Part shown: positions 45,249 to 58,460 of the stretch, piece by piece
Position numbering within the stretch: the stretch's first letter is position 1
How the letters are laid out: each line of letters starts with the position of its first letter
Assembly (NCBI GenBank): GCA_977018835.1
Contig: OZ361256.1
Span: 992,001 to 1,056,000, forward strand
Length of the DNA: 64,000 nucleotides
DNA from: Minutocellus sp. GHC0000111
Taxonomy: Eukaryota
Direction: 5' to 3'
Translations under genes and position numbers: made by a program
Notes under the pieces: generated by a model
Database searches by the model: none
Told to the model about the DNA's origin: nothing
Seen by the model: only the letters and a program-made list of their open reading frames with translations

Positions 45249-46906
45249 TCATGATGCTACCGGAGGTGCCGGTGCTGCGGCCGATTCAGCAGCAGGAGCT
45301 GCGACACCCTCCGCCGGTGGGGCTGCGGCCTGAGCTGGAGCAGCAGCGGCGGGGGCAGCACTCTCCTGCTGGACCATTGCCCGATCGGCCTCCTCCTGCC
45401 TTTTGCAGACGTTGGCAGCGTACTGATCTGACACCTTGCACTGCACTCCGACGTAGTTGGTGATATTCCCAGCAGCATCCCGAAGAGCGGCGATGAAGAA
45501 CTGATTCCAGAAGGTGGTGCCGTCAACACGGTAATTGAGAAGGCACACGGACATATCGGATCCATCCTCGATGGCCCGGCGGATCTTTTCGACGGCCTTG
45601 GGATCCGTCTCGGGGCCCTGGAGGAAGCGGCAGTTTCGGCCCAGGACCTGATCGAGAGAGTAGCCGGTCAGGTTGAGGAAGCCCTGCGTGGCGTATACGA
45701 TGGGATTGTCCGGCAGGCTGGGGTCGGTCACGACAAAGTTCTGCTGGGCCGTCTGCAGCGCCTTGATGAAGCTGAAGTCAGGATCGTCCAGGACCTTGTT
45801 GGCATCGCTCGAGCTGCCGGCGATGAGCCCTCCTCCGCCACCGGCGGCTGCCTCGGCAAGGTTCTCCTTCTTGAGCAGCTCTTCGGCCTCCGGTCCGAGG
45901 TGCTCGCGGATACTGGAGCGGAGCTTGTCGTTCTCGTCCTTGAGAAGAGCGACGGACTGCTGGAGAGATTCGAGGAGGAATTTCTTGCGAATTCGGGATC
46001 GCTTGGCGTGCTCTCGATTGCGCTCTCTGAGATGATGGATTGTGTTTGGGAATTATATTTTTTGAATATAAAATGTAAATAAATAAGATCGAGATGGAAG
46101 GCACAGCATCAATCCTTCCTCTTTGAATTCTTGCATTCCTATGCATACGTGCATACTGCACGCATACTTGAATCAAAACTCACCTCCTCTCCACCTTTTG
46201 CTTGTCACTCATCTTCCGATCGGATCGGGCACCGGCCGAGCCCGTGGACGTCTTCCTCTTGGCCCCGCCGGCGGGCATCGTCCTGGCAGCTCCGAGCATG
46301 GCGGGGGTGGCGTACTGCAAATGATGCCTCTGCTGCGGTGGCTGGACAAAGGGCACCGGCTTGGGAGCCGGGGCGGCCCCCGCCGCGGACGGTGCCGCGG
46401 AGGCTCCCATAACGGTCGACTTGGCCTGGGATGGGTTGTCCAATCCCGTCGTGGAGATGCCGCCACCGTACGAGACGGGGACGTAGCTGGACGGGGCGGT
46501 CCCACCACCACAACCGCTGGCGGCGGCGGCAGCTCCCGCCGCCCCTGCAGGAGCCGGAGCAGCCGGAGCGTCAGGAGCTGGCCGGCTGGCCATCCGGGTC
46601 GGCACGGCCTCGGCACTGGCCACGACGCCTCCGCCGCCCTGCGACCCGTCGGCACCGCCTTCGGCCTGGTCGCCCAGGAAGACGGCGTCTCCCTCGGGAG
46701 TGAAGAAGCAGTCTCCGAAGATGTCGTCCAGGTTCAGCGTGGCGGGAGTACCGCGGCTGGCCACGGCCGCGGCCGTCGAGGCCGACAGCTGCGGGGCGCC
46801 ACCGGCACCGGTTGGGGAGGTGCCGCCGGTGCCGCTCCTCTCCCTAAGTCCCACTCGCGGGGGCAAAGTGCGGGGTCGTTACTGGCACGGGTTGTTGGTC
46901 GCTCAT
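45249..46906 (-). CDS. AUREO1a: Aureochrome 1a (bZIP-LOV blue-light receptor); intron 46027-46183; apparent frameshift near 46845-46866
   Basis: PATLNLDDIFGD.FFTP N-terminal motif, bZIP ERR|ERNREHAKRSRIRKKFLLESL, LOV GRNCRFLQG. ATG 46906 is one base out of frame with the rest. Confidence 0.92.
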
Positions 46907-47405
46907 GATTTGTATATGTTTCGCGATGTGCCTATCAATCCAAATCTACGTACTAGTAGCTACTGGATATCCAATTCAATGAACCAATCAAACAGGATTA
47001 GACTGAAACTTCCCGAATCTCGATTTTCTGTGATGTCCAGAAGTTGTAAAAGATACGAGTCTCTTGAACACCGTTCAGGCAATGACTGCAAAGAATCAAG
47101 GACCAAAACTATGCCAGATATCCTCACTGCAACGATTTGGCAGGTGGGTGGTGGCAGTGGCACGTCCTCTCTGTACTGGCGGTTCCAAGCAGCAGCAGCG
47201 GCGGCAGGCAGGCAGATACTAGCTACGGTAGTACACCACCGGCTGGCCTTCGTCTTTGTGCCGGTTTTGCCAAGTTGACATCTTCGCGAAACTCGAAAGC
47301 TAAAAAGCTACTAATAAGAAACCCGGATATCCAATCTTACAGTCGAATCAGTCAAGTGACGTATCTACCACAAAACCCGTCCATAACTTCACAATCGATC
47401 GAAGC

Positions 47406-48170
47406 ATGAAGCTCTCTGTCGCCGCCGCTGTTGCATCCTCCGCTGCCCTGATTGGGTCTGCGAATGCCTTCGTTGCCCCTTCGGGAGCAAGTGGCGCATT
47501 TGTTGCTCGAAGCTCTCTTTCCGTCCGAAGCGCATCGGCCGGCGTCGGTGGCCGAGTCGTCAGCACTCGCAGTAGTCATGCTGCTGCCTCTTCCTCCTCC
47601 TCTCTCTCCATGTCCATCAAGGAGGTAACCTCCAACGCCGAGGAGAAGATGGGCAAGTCGGTCGATTCCGTCAAGCTGAACTTGCAGACCGTCCGCACCG
47701 GGCGGGCCAACGCCTCCATCTTGGACCGCGTCATGGTCGAGTACTACGGCGCACCGACGCCTCTCAACCAGCTGGCGACCGTGTCGGTCCCCTCCTCGCA
47801 GCAGCTGCAGATCGACCCGTACGACAAGTCCGTTACGGCCGAGATTGAGAAGGCCATCATCGAGAGTGGCATCGGCTTGACCCCCAACAACGACGGCGAT
47901 GTCATCCGGATCAACATCCCCAGTCTTACGGAGGACAGGCGTAAGGAGTTGCTGAAGCAGTGCAAGGAGATTGGAGAGGAGGGCAAGGTCGCCATACGGA
48001 ATGTGAGGAGAGACGGAGTCGATAAGATTAAGAAGATGGAGAAGAATTCAGAGGTCGGTAAGGATGAGATGGCCGATGGTCTCGATTCCATGCAATCGTT
48101 GACCGACAAACATGGAAAGGAGATTGATGACGTTGTAGCCGCCAAGGAGAAGGAGGTTATGACTGTGTAA
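47406..48170 (+). CDS. RRF: Plastid ribosome recycling factor
   Basis: VRTGRAN..LD, YYGAPTPLNQLA, LTEDRRKEL, KVAIRNVRR; signal peptide ending ANA-F. Confidence 0.93.
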   Translation: MKLSVAAAVASSAALIGSANAFVAPSGASGAFVARSSLSVRSASAGVGGRVVSTRSSHAAASSSSSLSMSIKEVTSNAEEKMGKSVDSVKLNLQTVRTGRANASILDRVMVEYYGAPTPLNQLATVSVPSSQQLQIDPYDKSVTAEIEKAIIESGIGLTPNNDGDVIRINIPSLTEDRRKELLKQCKEIGEEGKVAIRNVRRDGVDKIKKMEKNSEVGKDEMADGLDSMQSLTDKHGKEIDDVVAAKEKEVMTV

Positions 48171-48845
48171 GAAAGAAGCTGCATTTCTGCATTTCGTTCG
48201 CCTACGCTACGCGAATACTACTAGCTATATCCCCGGGATGAATCGAAGGAGACTGGACCATTGGGTGGGAGTGCAACCCTTTAAAGCAATAGATATAACA
48301 TGCATTCATGATACCTGGATCGCTTTTGTTGATTCTGCGGGTGTCACTTTTCGTTAATCTTACTTCTATTAGTAAGGCGACAGAGTGATATGAGTGTTCA
48401 CTGATGCCGAACATGAGGTTCAGATCGATTTAAGCTGCTACTTAGCGGGACGAATGACACCACCACTGTCGCCGACATGTGCAAACAGTAGATCTAATGG
48501 CCAGTGTGTGGAGAATCGCGAAGAGTATCTACTAGATCTACAAGAATCATTTTGAGACTGGTAGGTGCTCTGATAGTGACGGATTCTCGGCTCGTCATTC
48601 GAGTCGAGAATATGGTTACTACGAGCAGTTTAGAGGATTTAGAAGTGGACCTGAACGGCGCTATGAGTAATTATTTGCGGCTGGTTTCGCCTGTCCTACT
48701 TTCTTCGCTCCTCATCTTCTGATTATGTCGATCCGCTATAAACGTCTACGTAGAAAATCGTTATACATGTACTTCGGTACAAGCACGAATTCCTACGAAT
48801 GAATCTACCCCATCTGTACCGTAGTTACATGTACATGTACTACTA

Positions 48846-49011
48846 CTGTCCTTGCTCACGGGAAGTCCAGCCGGGGTCAATGCAGTGGGTCGTCCGGGGG
48901 TCCGGTACCAGCATCACTGCCTAGCAGATCACACGAAGATAAGCCAGACTCGTCTTCTTTCCCATGCCCGTATATAAACTTTGGTAGTCTAATAGAATAG
49001 AATAGAATAGA
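48846..49011 (+). mobile_element. 5'-truncated retroelement 3' end with (AATAG)4 tail and 17-bp target-site duplication
   Basis: ATGTACATGTACTACTA at 48829-48845 and 49012-49028 flanks a sequence also present, inverted, at 31733-31899. Confidence 0.75.
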
Positions 49012-49151
49012 ATGTACATGTACTACTATGTAGTTTGTGATTATTTCTTGGCTGGGATTGAACCTATTTTGTTCTTGTGAAAGGAAATTACCGGTAGTTG
49101 CTAGATAAATACAGACACAATGACATGCATCAATCATCTATCTTCTCATTA

Positions 49152-50207
49152 TCAGAGGTTTTCGTACTCCTCCTGCTCTTCGCGCTTGCGAGTAATTGTC
49201 GGTGTCGGCACCACCATGTTGCAGAGGAGATCCACAATCTTCAAAAATGTTGCCATCACAGGCCCTGCCCTCCATGCATATTCCAATGAGACCATAATCT
49301 TCCAACGCTCTTCAACCTCGTCCACTTCTTCGGGAGCGAGACTCTGAAAGCCATAGGGGATAATACCCTCATAGAATACAGAGAAACAAGAATTGATGTA
49401 ACGTTGCCAGGTATAAAACGACAAGAACAAGGAGAAAAGTGTTGAAAGCGTTCAAAACATCTTTTGGCAGTTCACGTCGTAATTGTAATACATCCGAGTA
49501 ACGCCAGTGAAGATGTTTGGGAAGTAGGTGATCAAGCTAAGTATCAAAGTGGAAACGAGTCCAACACTTTCCTCGGCGCAACCGCTGCACACGCCATCTC
49601 CAAAGTACTGCAGCGTCCCCATCTTGAAGCCGCGTTCGCAAAATTCCTGAAAGGACCAAACAACTTCGCGTGGCATTCCAACTGGTTTCCTCACTGCCAC
49701 AGCTGTGAGACCAATCCCCAATTCGACACCGGGGATGGTTGAGTTGTCACTGGTGCCAGTGCCACTGCTAAATGCGGTTCGCATTATGGTGTCGAAGTGA
49801 TTGCTGATCGCGCAGCATGCCACAATTGTAAGGATAAAGCCAACGACGTTCGAAGCGATGGCTATCATGAATATGATGCGGCGCATACGATGATTGTCGG
49901 GACGGATCAAGCCGCATTTGCCCGCGACGAGGCAACAGGCGTTCTGTTCGAGGCATCTTGGAAACCACTTGACGCAGGGAGGCGGCAAGCATGGACGAAG
50001 GGGCGGGCGATCATCCTCCCGCTCGCCATTGGGGAGCTTGGACTTGCCATCGCACCGATCAATTAGATATTTTTTCGGCGCATCGGGTACAACCGAACGC
50101 ATCACCTTTGTAGCAACGTCAGAGACGTAGGCCGAAGAGGGCGGTTTGCTGGCTCCTTCCTCCAACACTGCCCCATCATCCTCTTCGGTCTCGAATGCAT
50201 CTGTCAT
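49152..50207 (-). pseudogene. Multi-pass (about 4 TM) hypothetical membrane protein with an in-frame TGA at 49452-49454
   Basis: The frame continues DVNCQKMF*TLSTLFSLFLSFYTW...KIVDLLCNMVVPTP past the stop. Confidence 0.6.
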
Positions 50208-50772
50208 CTTGAGTCTAAGTAGATGGTATGGCAGCGGAGAGGCCGAACGGTTCGCTTTTTTCATGAACTTCGAACCCTCGAGAACTTCATGCCGAGATTT
50301 CAAAACCCGAGTTACTCATAGAGATTTTCATTATGAGAACAGCAGGCTCTTTTCTTTGGCTCTTTTTGGGCCGAGTTTCTGGCCATGACGCAACAAAACG
50401 TACGTGCCGCGCCGTGAAAGAAATGACCCCAGCAAAGCACAGATAAAACGAGGACATTCAGGACATCAGGGCCATGTATGATATTTTTGATCAGAATGGC
50501 ATCTGCTTTCTCGGCCTGGTTTTGGCACTCACACGACGTGCACAGCAACCTCACTTATTCTCGAGCACAACGAATTGAATCAATAGAATCCATCCCACCT
50601 CTCTTTGTGTTTTGAGGGTTGAGGTTGTTGCATCTGATAGAGTTTCCTCTCTGTTTATCGGTTGCTCGTTGTTTTAGTCACCCAGCAGCGCGCATTGACG
50701 TCTAGGCCTAGCTACGTAGCTGCCGTAGCTTCGCAGTTAATTAACCACAAAGTCGTAACGACACTGACAAAC

Positions 50773-53700
50773 ATGTGGCATCGAGACCAGTATCGTCGCA
50801 ACCCATACGGTGGCTCCATCTATCCTGCGTCAACGCGTTATGCCACAACGTCTTCGTCGGCTTCGTTGACCAACGATTCTACCGCCATTGGCAATAGCGC
50901 CCCCAAGGGCCAAAGTCGCCTTCGTGTTGCGGCCATTGTCTATGGAGCGCTTGGACTTCTCGCCGTCTTTTCCAACTTTGAGTTACTCCCCACTGGAGCC
51001 ACAGCGTTTGCTCGTCAGCTCCATCGGATTCTTACGACGAACGGCGTTTTATGCATCAGCAACATCTATGCGACCCCTGAAGAGGCTGTGTCGATGCCCG
51101 AGGTCCCATCAATGGATGATCAGTGTAAGTAAGAGGACATGGCAACATGGGAGCAGTGCAGCACAAATAAAACCAGAGTACCAAACTGTCTTTTCTTCAG
51201 CTATCGCTCGAGGTAGCTAGTGGTACATTTGACACGTACCTGGGTAAATGTACATCTGTATCATGTATTTTCTCACCTTATTCTTTGCGTTGTCTTTTCT
51301 CGCTGGTGTCATTTTCGTCCGTGTTGCTTAGACATTCCAAGCTACATCAAGATCTGCTACGAGTGGATGCGACGGGAGGCACTCCTTCCTCTACCATCGC
51401 CGGACTGCTCCCAGACTCCGTGCGCTTGCCCCCTTGGTTATCTCTACAATGTGAACCGCGGCTGCGTCCACGAGACGTTGCGAATTTCCGAGAATAGCGA
51501 CATTTGTGTCGATTGGAGTGAGTCTATTTATTTTCATTTCGTTGTACATAATACATGCTTCTTGAAATATTGTCATTGGAAGTAGAGGGGAAATAGACCT
51601 GGTTATAGATCTGCTGTGTATGAGGACGAATCGAATCAAGTAGCTTCTCACCTTGAATTCCATCCTCACGTTTCCGGTAATTCAATTCTCTTCCTGCAAA
51701 AAACTTTTGTCTTTGCCTTTCCAGGAGCACCTCACTACGCCATGATGGAAATACTTGCAAGCTCGATCCTCCAAACTGTCATCCCTGAGCTGGAATACAA
51801 GCATCTCTGTGGTAATCAGCGCAAGTATACATCTGATGAAGCTATCCTGGGTTTCGACTGGACGCCGTTCCAGACAACATTCAAGCAGGCGACACTGGGA
51901 GTTGATATTGATTTATGTAAGTGATTCGCTTTTCACATGTGTAACTTGGAAGAAGGTATTATGATAAATTATTTTGATTCATCGCCTGATGCAACTTTTG
52001 ACATTCCAATCTGCCTCTTTCTCGATTTACGTAAAGTTTCAAATGGCGTCGAGGACTTGAAGAGCCAGTGCAAGCTTGCCCTCAAAGAGTACGACCCTGC
52101 TAATGAGGCCGTTCGTGCTCGGTCGAGGTCTCTGCACCATCCCTTCAGCTTTCCCAAGACAAGTGTGCTCTACCAACAGCCCACCACTCTACAAGATGTC
52201 AGCCAACGCACGGAACTCGATTGGATCCCGGAGCACCCGACGCCTTTGAGCTCCAATCTTGCTCCCATTAGTGCTGTTGCCCGTGCCGTCCGAGCGAGAC
52301 TCCACAATTCGGCGCTGGAGTGGGTAGATGTGACGAATGCTGTGAGTTAATCATGTTGGGGACGCCAAAAAAATGTGCATGGAGCATGCAATGGACATTC
52401 AAGTATGTTGAAAGGGTCTTGTGAGCTCACATACTATGATCTTTTATATATTTTCCCCTTTCTTCCCGTGTATTCCTTTTGCCTGTGCAGCCTGAGAACG
52501 AAGCAATCGCCGGAACCGTCATTATCGTCGATAATGGTTCCTTTGAAATGGAACCAGCCATCTTCAATGAATATATTCCTGCTGAAAAAGTGACGTCCAT
52601 CTCGATTCTATCCTCTCCCCTCTGTGTTACGGCCAACTTACCAACGGGAAAGGCCTGCATGACCTACAAGGAGGAGTTGCGTGCTTACTTTGCAGGTCAG
52701 TATCCCGACCTAGATGCAGCAGGGGCAATTACTTCCAAGATTGTTGCTTCGTCATCTGGTGAATGGAGTCGAGCTATGAATGCGCGGAATCTTATGTGCC
52801 CTCCAGATACTATGGCCTGCCTACTCCCGGCGCTCGGCAAAATACCTCAAGACGTCCCACCAGACTCACCGATTCAGAATCCTCCTCTACCGGCTACAAT
52901 CCTCTTCGATGTTCCTGAGTCGGGAGCTGCAGCCAAATTCATGGATGTAGTTGGCAGATGTGGCGAAACACCTGCTACATCTCCAGAGACATGTGCTAAG
53001 GTAATTCAGCTTGCTACAATCGAGGATGTGCCCGTCGACGAGGGAACACCTGATGAACCAGATCCAATTCCGGTCCCACTGACAATTGGCGGCGATGAAC
53101 CGGCCTCATCTTTCATCACGGAAACAGAGCCTGTCACCCCTGATGGCTTCATTGCTGCAAACTACACCCCTCCTGTCAATGGTGATGTGGACCCCGTGGT
53201 GGCGGCACAGGAGTCACCACAGGCGTCGTATCTTGGAGTCGAAGCGAATCTTCCGGAGACTGTTCAGAATGCCTCGATCCCCGAAGAGGAGCTTGAACAG
53301 GCCACTTCCGATCCTTTTGCTGCAACTCAAGACGCTCTTGGAGGGGGTGGATTCTCGTCTCCTCTCGGTGCTGCCGACGATACCAGCACTGCCGTTGATA
53401 CATCACAAGAGGTTGTGTTTACTTCTCAAGAGATTCAGCAAGCTGTTGACACCGGCACCCCGCTTGATGGCAATGCTGGACCAACTCCCGAAGAGCTTGA
53501 TGGGGCACCTCCATCTGATGCAAGCCTACTTGTGGCCGATGAGACCGTCGAATCTCAGCTTCAGAGATCTTTTCTTGATGATTTAACGTATGCTGATCTG
53601 ATCGACGAGAGAATGCTCAGCATGGAGCGTATCAAGGAGGAACACTTTGTTGCGCCCCAATACGAAATTCACTGTCCCGAAGAAACTACCACCGGAGACG

Positions 53701-56119
53701 TTCAAGATCTGCAAGGAGGGTATACGATGGTGGATGATACCGCCTCAGGAACTGTGACCATATCTGACCAAAATGGCATCGTGAGTTCTAATATGCAAAA
53801 TCTATTTTTCCCTTCGCTCATTTTGGCTGTATCTCGTATTTTTATGTGCCAATGTAGACCGTGCTAACCAGCCTCGATCGATACTCTATTCCCCTTCCTG
53901 TCCTCCTTCAACTTACAGGTCACTTTACAGGCACCAGTCGAAATTACATCAATTACTCCTGAACGCGGAACATTCATCGATCCATACAACCATACGATCT
54001 CATACGAGGTTGACTACATCACTGTGTATGATTCTGTCCTACAGGACTATGTCAACGTGACCGGTACGATCGTCTCCAAGGCTGGGTCGGATCTCCGAGT
54101 GCAAGATTCCATGGGCTCTCTCTACGTGGATCCTGCTAATAACCAGGGGACCTTGCTACTCGACGGCAAAGCAGCAGACATGAACAGTGCCGAGAATACG
54201 TGAGTGCATCTATTGACAACAACGAAACGATACCTTTTTGGCTTGATTATTACACTCTCAAATCGACATGTATTAATAACTATCTGACCTTATCTTACAT
54301 CGCATTTACTCTAACATACACGTATTTTGCTTCTTCCCTTTGCTATCGCAATGTAGACACACTCTTATCACGGGCACAGTCATCGGCGTGGGAGTAGAGA
54401 GCATTCCCCATTTGACGCCTCAGGGTACTGTTGTCTTTGACAAGAGCGGAGCGCTTCAGGTTGTTGCACAGGACAACACCGACACATTCCTGGTCGATCA
54501 AGATCCAGCAGAGCAGCCGATGGCCCCGGCAGATCCCTACCAGATGCCTACGACAAGCTCCCTCACCGAAAGTATTGATCGCCAGCTTGCTCCTGTTTTC
54601 TCTGACGGAATCACCACCGATCAATGCCAGTTGCAGATCAACGACAATCCTATATACCTTGACAATTTTGTCCAGGTTCCAGGTCAGATTACTTTTGATT
54701 TGAAGCAGGTGTGGAAAGAAAAGAAGCATATTTCCTGGATTGCTGTGGATTATGAGTATCGCCGTGCCTACTCTTGTAATGACATTACCAGGAATCCATG
54801 CTCTACCAATAATTTGGGTAAATACTTTGAAGCCGACGCACACAATCGATTCATCCATTGTGGAGCCGGTAACATTTATGGTACTCCGGAGCAGTATCGG
54901 GAATCATCCTGTAATCTCAAGCCCTGCGGACGCGGTACTATCTGGGATCAAGATTTTCTAGTCTGTGTTCACGGCACTGGCGCAACAAAACGTCCTGGTT
55001 CCAAGGGAGGACGGCGCTGCAAGAAGAAGAACAAGGTAAAATTCGGATTCGACAAGAGAATGGACAAATTCACTGCCATGTGCGAACCAGTAACCAACAA
55101 GGCCACCATCGACATCTACTTGTTTGATGGTTCGAATGGAATTCGTCAGGCAGATGAAGTGGATAGAGCTTACCTAGTCCCGGGGTATTGTTCGCCTTCC
55201 AACGGGAAATCCATCAAGTCTTGGTCAAAGACGAAGTCTAGTAAGGGTTCTCGCCGTCGAAGACTTGCCGTCGAGGAAGAAGCCGACGAGGACATTGAAT
55301 TCTTTGGTCGTCGGAATAGAAGGCTTGGGGCATCATCGAAAGGTACGAAATCTGGTACTGCTTCCTCTGCCACCAAGAATAGCGCTGGAAAGAAAGAAAA
55401 CAATGTGTGTTTGTATCAATATGTCGTCGACTGCGTCATCGCAAGTGGTCGCCGACGTCTGCAATCTCTTGAGCCTCCGCCCATGTTCTACCCTCAGCAA
55501 TTACCACCGGTACCTCAAGATGGATATCCTCAGACCGCATTTCCTCAAGAATACCATTCTCCCGCGCCACATGTTCCTCAGCAGCAGCGAGTAGAGTCAA
55601 AGCATCGTCGCTCACTCTTCTCTCGCGCTTCTTCCATTTTCAAGGCTAGCGACGCACATCGCCGTGATAGGTCACTCCAAGTGGAAAACCAAGAGCTTCC
55701 TCTGTTCGGTGGCCCCAAGGTCTTAGGCACCTGCCCAAAGGGTGTATCCAAGCGCACCGGAGAAATTGTTTTCAATCGTTACCTGTTTGGGTGAGTACTA
55801 GTATTGTTGACAGACAAAGTGTGCATCCTTCATTCATTCTTCTCTCTTTCGAGCACGCACAATATTTTTTTCCAACGAAATACATGTTTATTTACTACGT
55901 AGTGTATTTAACGCATTGGTTTCCTATCCTATCCTTTGTTACACATGTTCTCATTGGATTCGTAGCAACGGTATTCAAGATCAAGTCCAACAATCACCTC
56001 GAGCTAGCTTTGGGCCTGCATCCGAGAATGGTAGCGTTAGCACAGCAAGGCGAATGAAGCGAGGGGACATTCCGATTATCACCTACGAAGAGCAGCAGCA
56101 GCTTCGTGGATCCTCCTAA
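50773..56119 (+). CDS. ~1,397-aa type II-anchored protein, 8 exons (50773-51124, 51332-51517, 51725-51916, 52037-52341, 52491-53780, 53919-54199, 54357-55790, 55966-56119), with CBM14-like module and K/S-rich RRL segments
   Basis: All seven GT-AG junctions keep frame (total 4194 nt); N-terminal TM segment; acidic P/T stalk; Cys-rich C-terminal domain. Confidence 0.75.
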
Positions 56120-56499
56120 CGTATTTAGAGAAGGATCGGACATGTGCTTTTTCATCTTGATGAGAGGAGCTGGACATTCATGGAATCAAAGCAGAGATGT
56201 ACCTAGGTACTGTACCATGTTGCGCGTGTTAGAATACAAGGTGCATCTATATATATTTTAGAATTCGATTAAGTACATTATTTGAGGTACCGGTATATGC
56301 ATTGGCCTCTTCTTTGGGTCAGTACCGGTAACCAAGGGCCAGCTGATTCATCATCGACAATCTAGCTACGGAGTAAGCTCTAGTAGTTGTGAATATGTGC
56401 AAAGATGGGTATTGGTTACGTAGCTCTCCCACGGTTGAAATGAGGAATTCATATCATTCACGGACCAACTGAATGCAAGCCAGCAGTTATTTGGGCTCG

Positions 56500-58239
56500 T
56501 CAACCGTTTTCATCGCGAGGAGCAGGCCGAAGGTTGCCCATGCGGTCAAACACAAATCCTGGTGCTGGTGGATTGCGAGGACGATCCGCCTGCTGCATTG
56601 GAAGAATTTCCACTGCTGCCTCGTCAAACCGAACGCGGCGACGCCCCTCTCCATCCTCGCCAGCAGGCAATTCTATTGCAGCTTCTACGTGGCGGCGACG
56701 TTGTCTACCACGTCCTACGTTTCCGTTTCGGGGCTGCGCTTGTTCGGCGGCGGCATTGGCCCGTACAGCTTCACGACGACGTTCCATGTGTTGTTGAAGC
56801 TGATGGCGTTGCATCTGCCATTGCAATATTTCACGACGTCTGGCTTCCCACGCCACCACCCTTTCCGCGGCCGCAGCTACTCTCTCTACTTCGAGCATTA
56901 ACCCGGCTGCTTGCTGCACGTGATCAGTTACCGCTTCTCTTCGTGTGTGAGTCGCAGAAGTAACAGGCAAGAAAGAAGTTTTCTTCTTTGCCCAAAAAGT
57001 GCCAATGCTCGCCATCCGAGGCAGGATATGTATTTTTGGCGCGGGTTCGATGCCGTGGTTTGCCGTGCCCCATTTGATATTTGCACCATTGGTAGTGTAA
57101 TTGTAACTTCTTTGGCAAGCGTAAAGAAGTCTATTCATCAACGTCAGATTATCCCCGCATTTTTCGGAGGAGCTACATGTATTAGCTGCCAGACTTGACC
57201 GACATTCCCTCTGCTGACAACAATGGCAAAGGTAACTTCGTCCTCTTCCAACAAGCCCTGCTTTTCGTAGACTGCTTCGAATTGATTTGGCTCATTGTCA
57301 GAATAATTTTGTTCGTAAATGCCATTCACACCAGGTATTCCAGCACCTTCGACAACGACAGCTGCACCGTCTGCTTGCTTCTGAAGAACTGGCATAATCT
57401 GGTCCGCGCTGACAAGACCGGGTTCCATAACCTCCCCAATAAGCTGCATTGGGCAGATCAGACGGAGCTCGACGTTCGTTATCAACTCTTTCGCGATTAC
57501 ATTGCGATCTTCCGGTGTGAGTTCCGCTTCGGGATCTGCTGCTGCTGCTGCTGCTGCATCTGCATTCGCCCACTTATGAATCGCTCGAAAGAGAAGGAGT
57601 GCATCCTTTGCAAGCTTTTCATCTCGAACCAAAAGTGAAAGACCAGTAGATCGGAGAACAGATATACCCGCCACCTCACCATCCAAAAGAATTTCTTTGG
57701 GCGATTTCTGGATGACCCCCAGCGTGTACATGTAATCGAGAAAGTCGTTCAGAGATGGAGTCTCGACGAGCATGTTGAATATAGAACAAACGCATGCGCC
57801 GATATCGACGGACATGCCCTCGTTCGTCACAACTACTCTCAGCCACTTTCTTTGTCTTTGAGATTGCCTTGTCTTGAAGGCCTTTGAGCTGGTAGAAATC
57901 CGCCCTATGCAAAGTTCTGCCGCAAGGCGGGCTCGATGGGTGTTACTGGCATCTTCACCTCCCAGGCCCTTGATGTCTTCCAGCGCATCGGTGCGCCCGT
58001 ATGACCGCGGAGGGGCTGCTCATTCGCACTTCATCGCTCTGAGATTCCTCGAAGCTGCCCAGCAGCAGGATTTCCAGGGCCTGACTTCTCATGCACAGAA
58101 TCGTTCGGTTGGCAGGTACATGTATCCTTCCACCGTCGGTGCCGACCAAGGTCACATCTTTCAATCTGAGAAGGAGGGATTGTCAAGAGAGGACAGCAAG
58201 TCCTTCCCAAGACTCTTGCCACTGACCGTCGTCAGGCAT
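56500..58239 (-). pseudogene. BTB/POZ-BACK protein pseudogene, multiple frameshifts
   Basis: DVTLVGTDGG..VPANRTIL..RS....LL.GSFEES, ADFYQL, LFRAIHKW, VEGAG..GVNGIY, GIEPAPKI are scattered across different frames. Confidence 0.75.
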
Positions 58240-58253
58240 GGTATGCTAGAGAT

Positions 58254-58372
58254 ACGTAGGTGGCAATGTGAGAAAGTTGAGCCATCTCAGCACTCAATGC
58301 TCAACCGACGGCGTCCGAATTTTGTGTAGGCCTACGTAGTGGCAATGTGAGAAAGTGACCCGAATTTTGTGC
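58254..58372 (+). repeat. Imperfect local tandem duplication (TACGTAG(G)TGGCAATGTGAGAAAGT ... CCGAATTTTGTG)
   Basis: Both blocks occur twice within about 120 bp between the divergent BTB and SAP-domain genes. Confidence 0.7.
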
Positions 58373-58460
58373 ATCTGAAAATAGTAGCATTCTGATTCAC
58401 CTCCGACAGGTATGGCGAGGCAGGCTCGACACTCAAGCGACTGCCATTTCCGCTTGGACC

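Noticed and set aside
49452..49454. Selenocysteine at the in-frame TGA
   Set aside because: Context is a TM helix with no redox motif, and no convincing SECIS is visible downstream.
57537..57557. (CTG)n tract as a separate repeat element
   Set aside because: Encodes poly-Ala within the BTB pseudogene.
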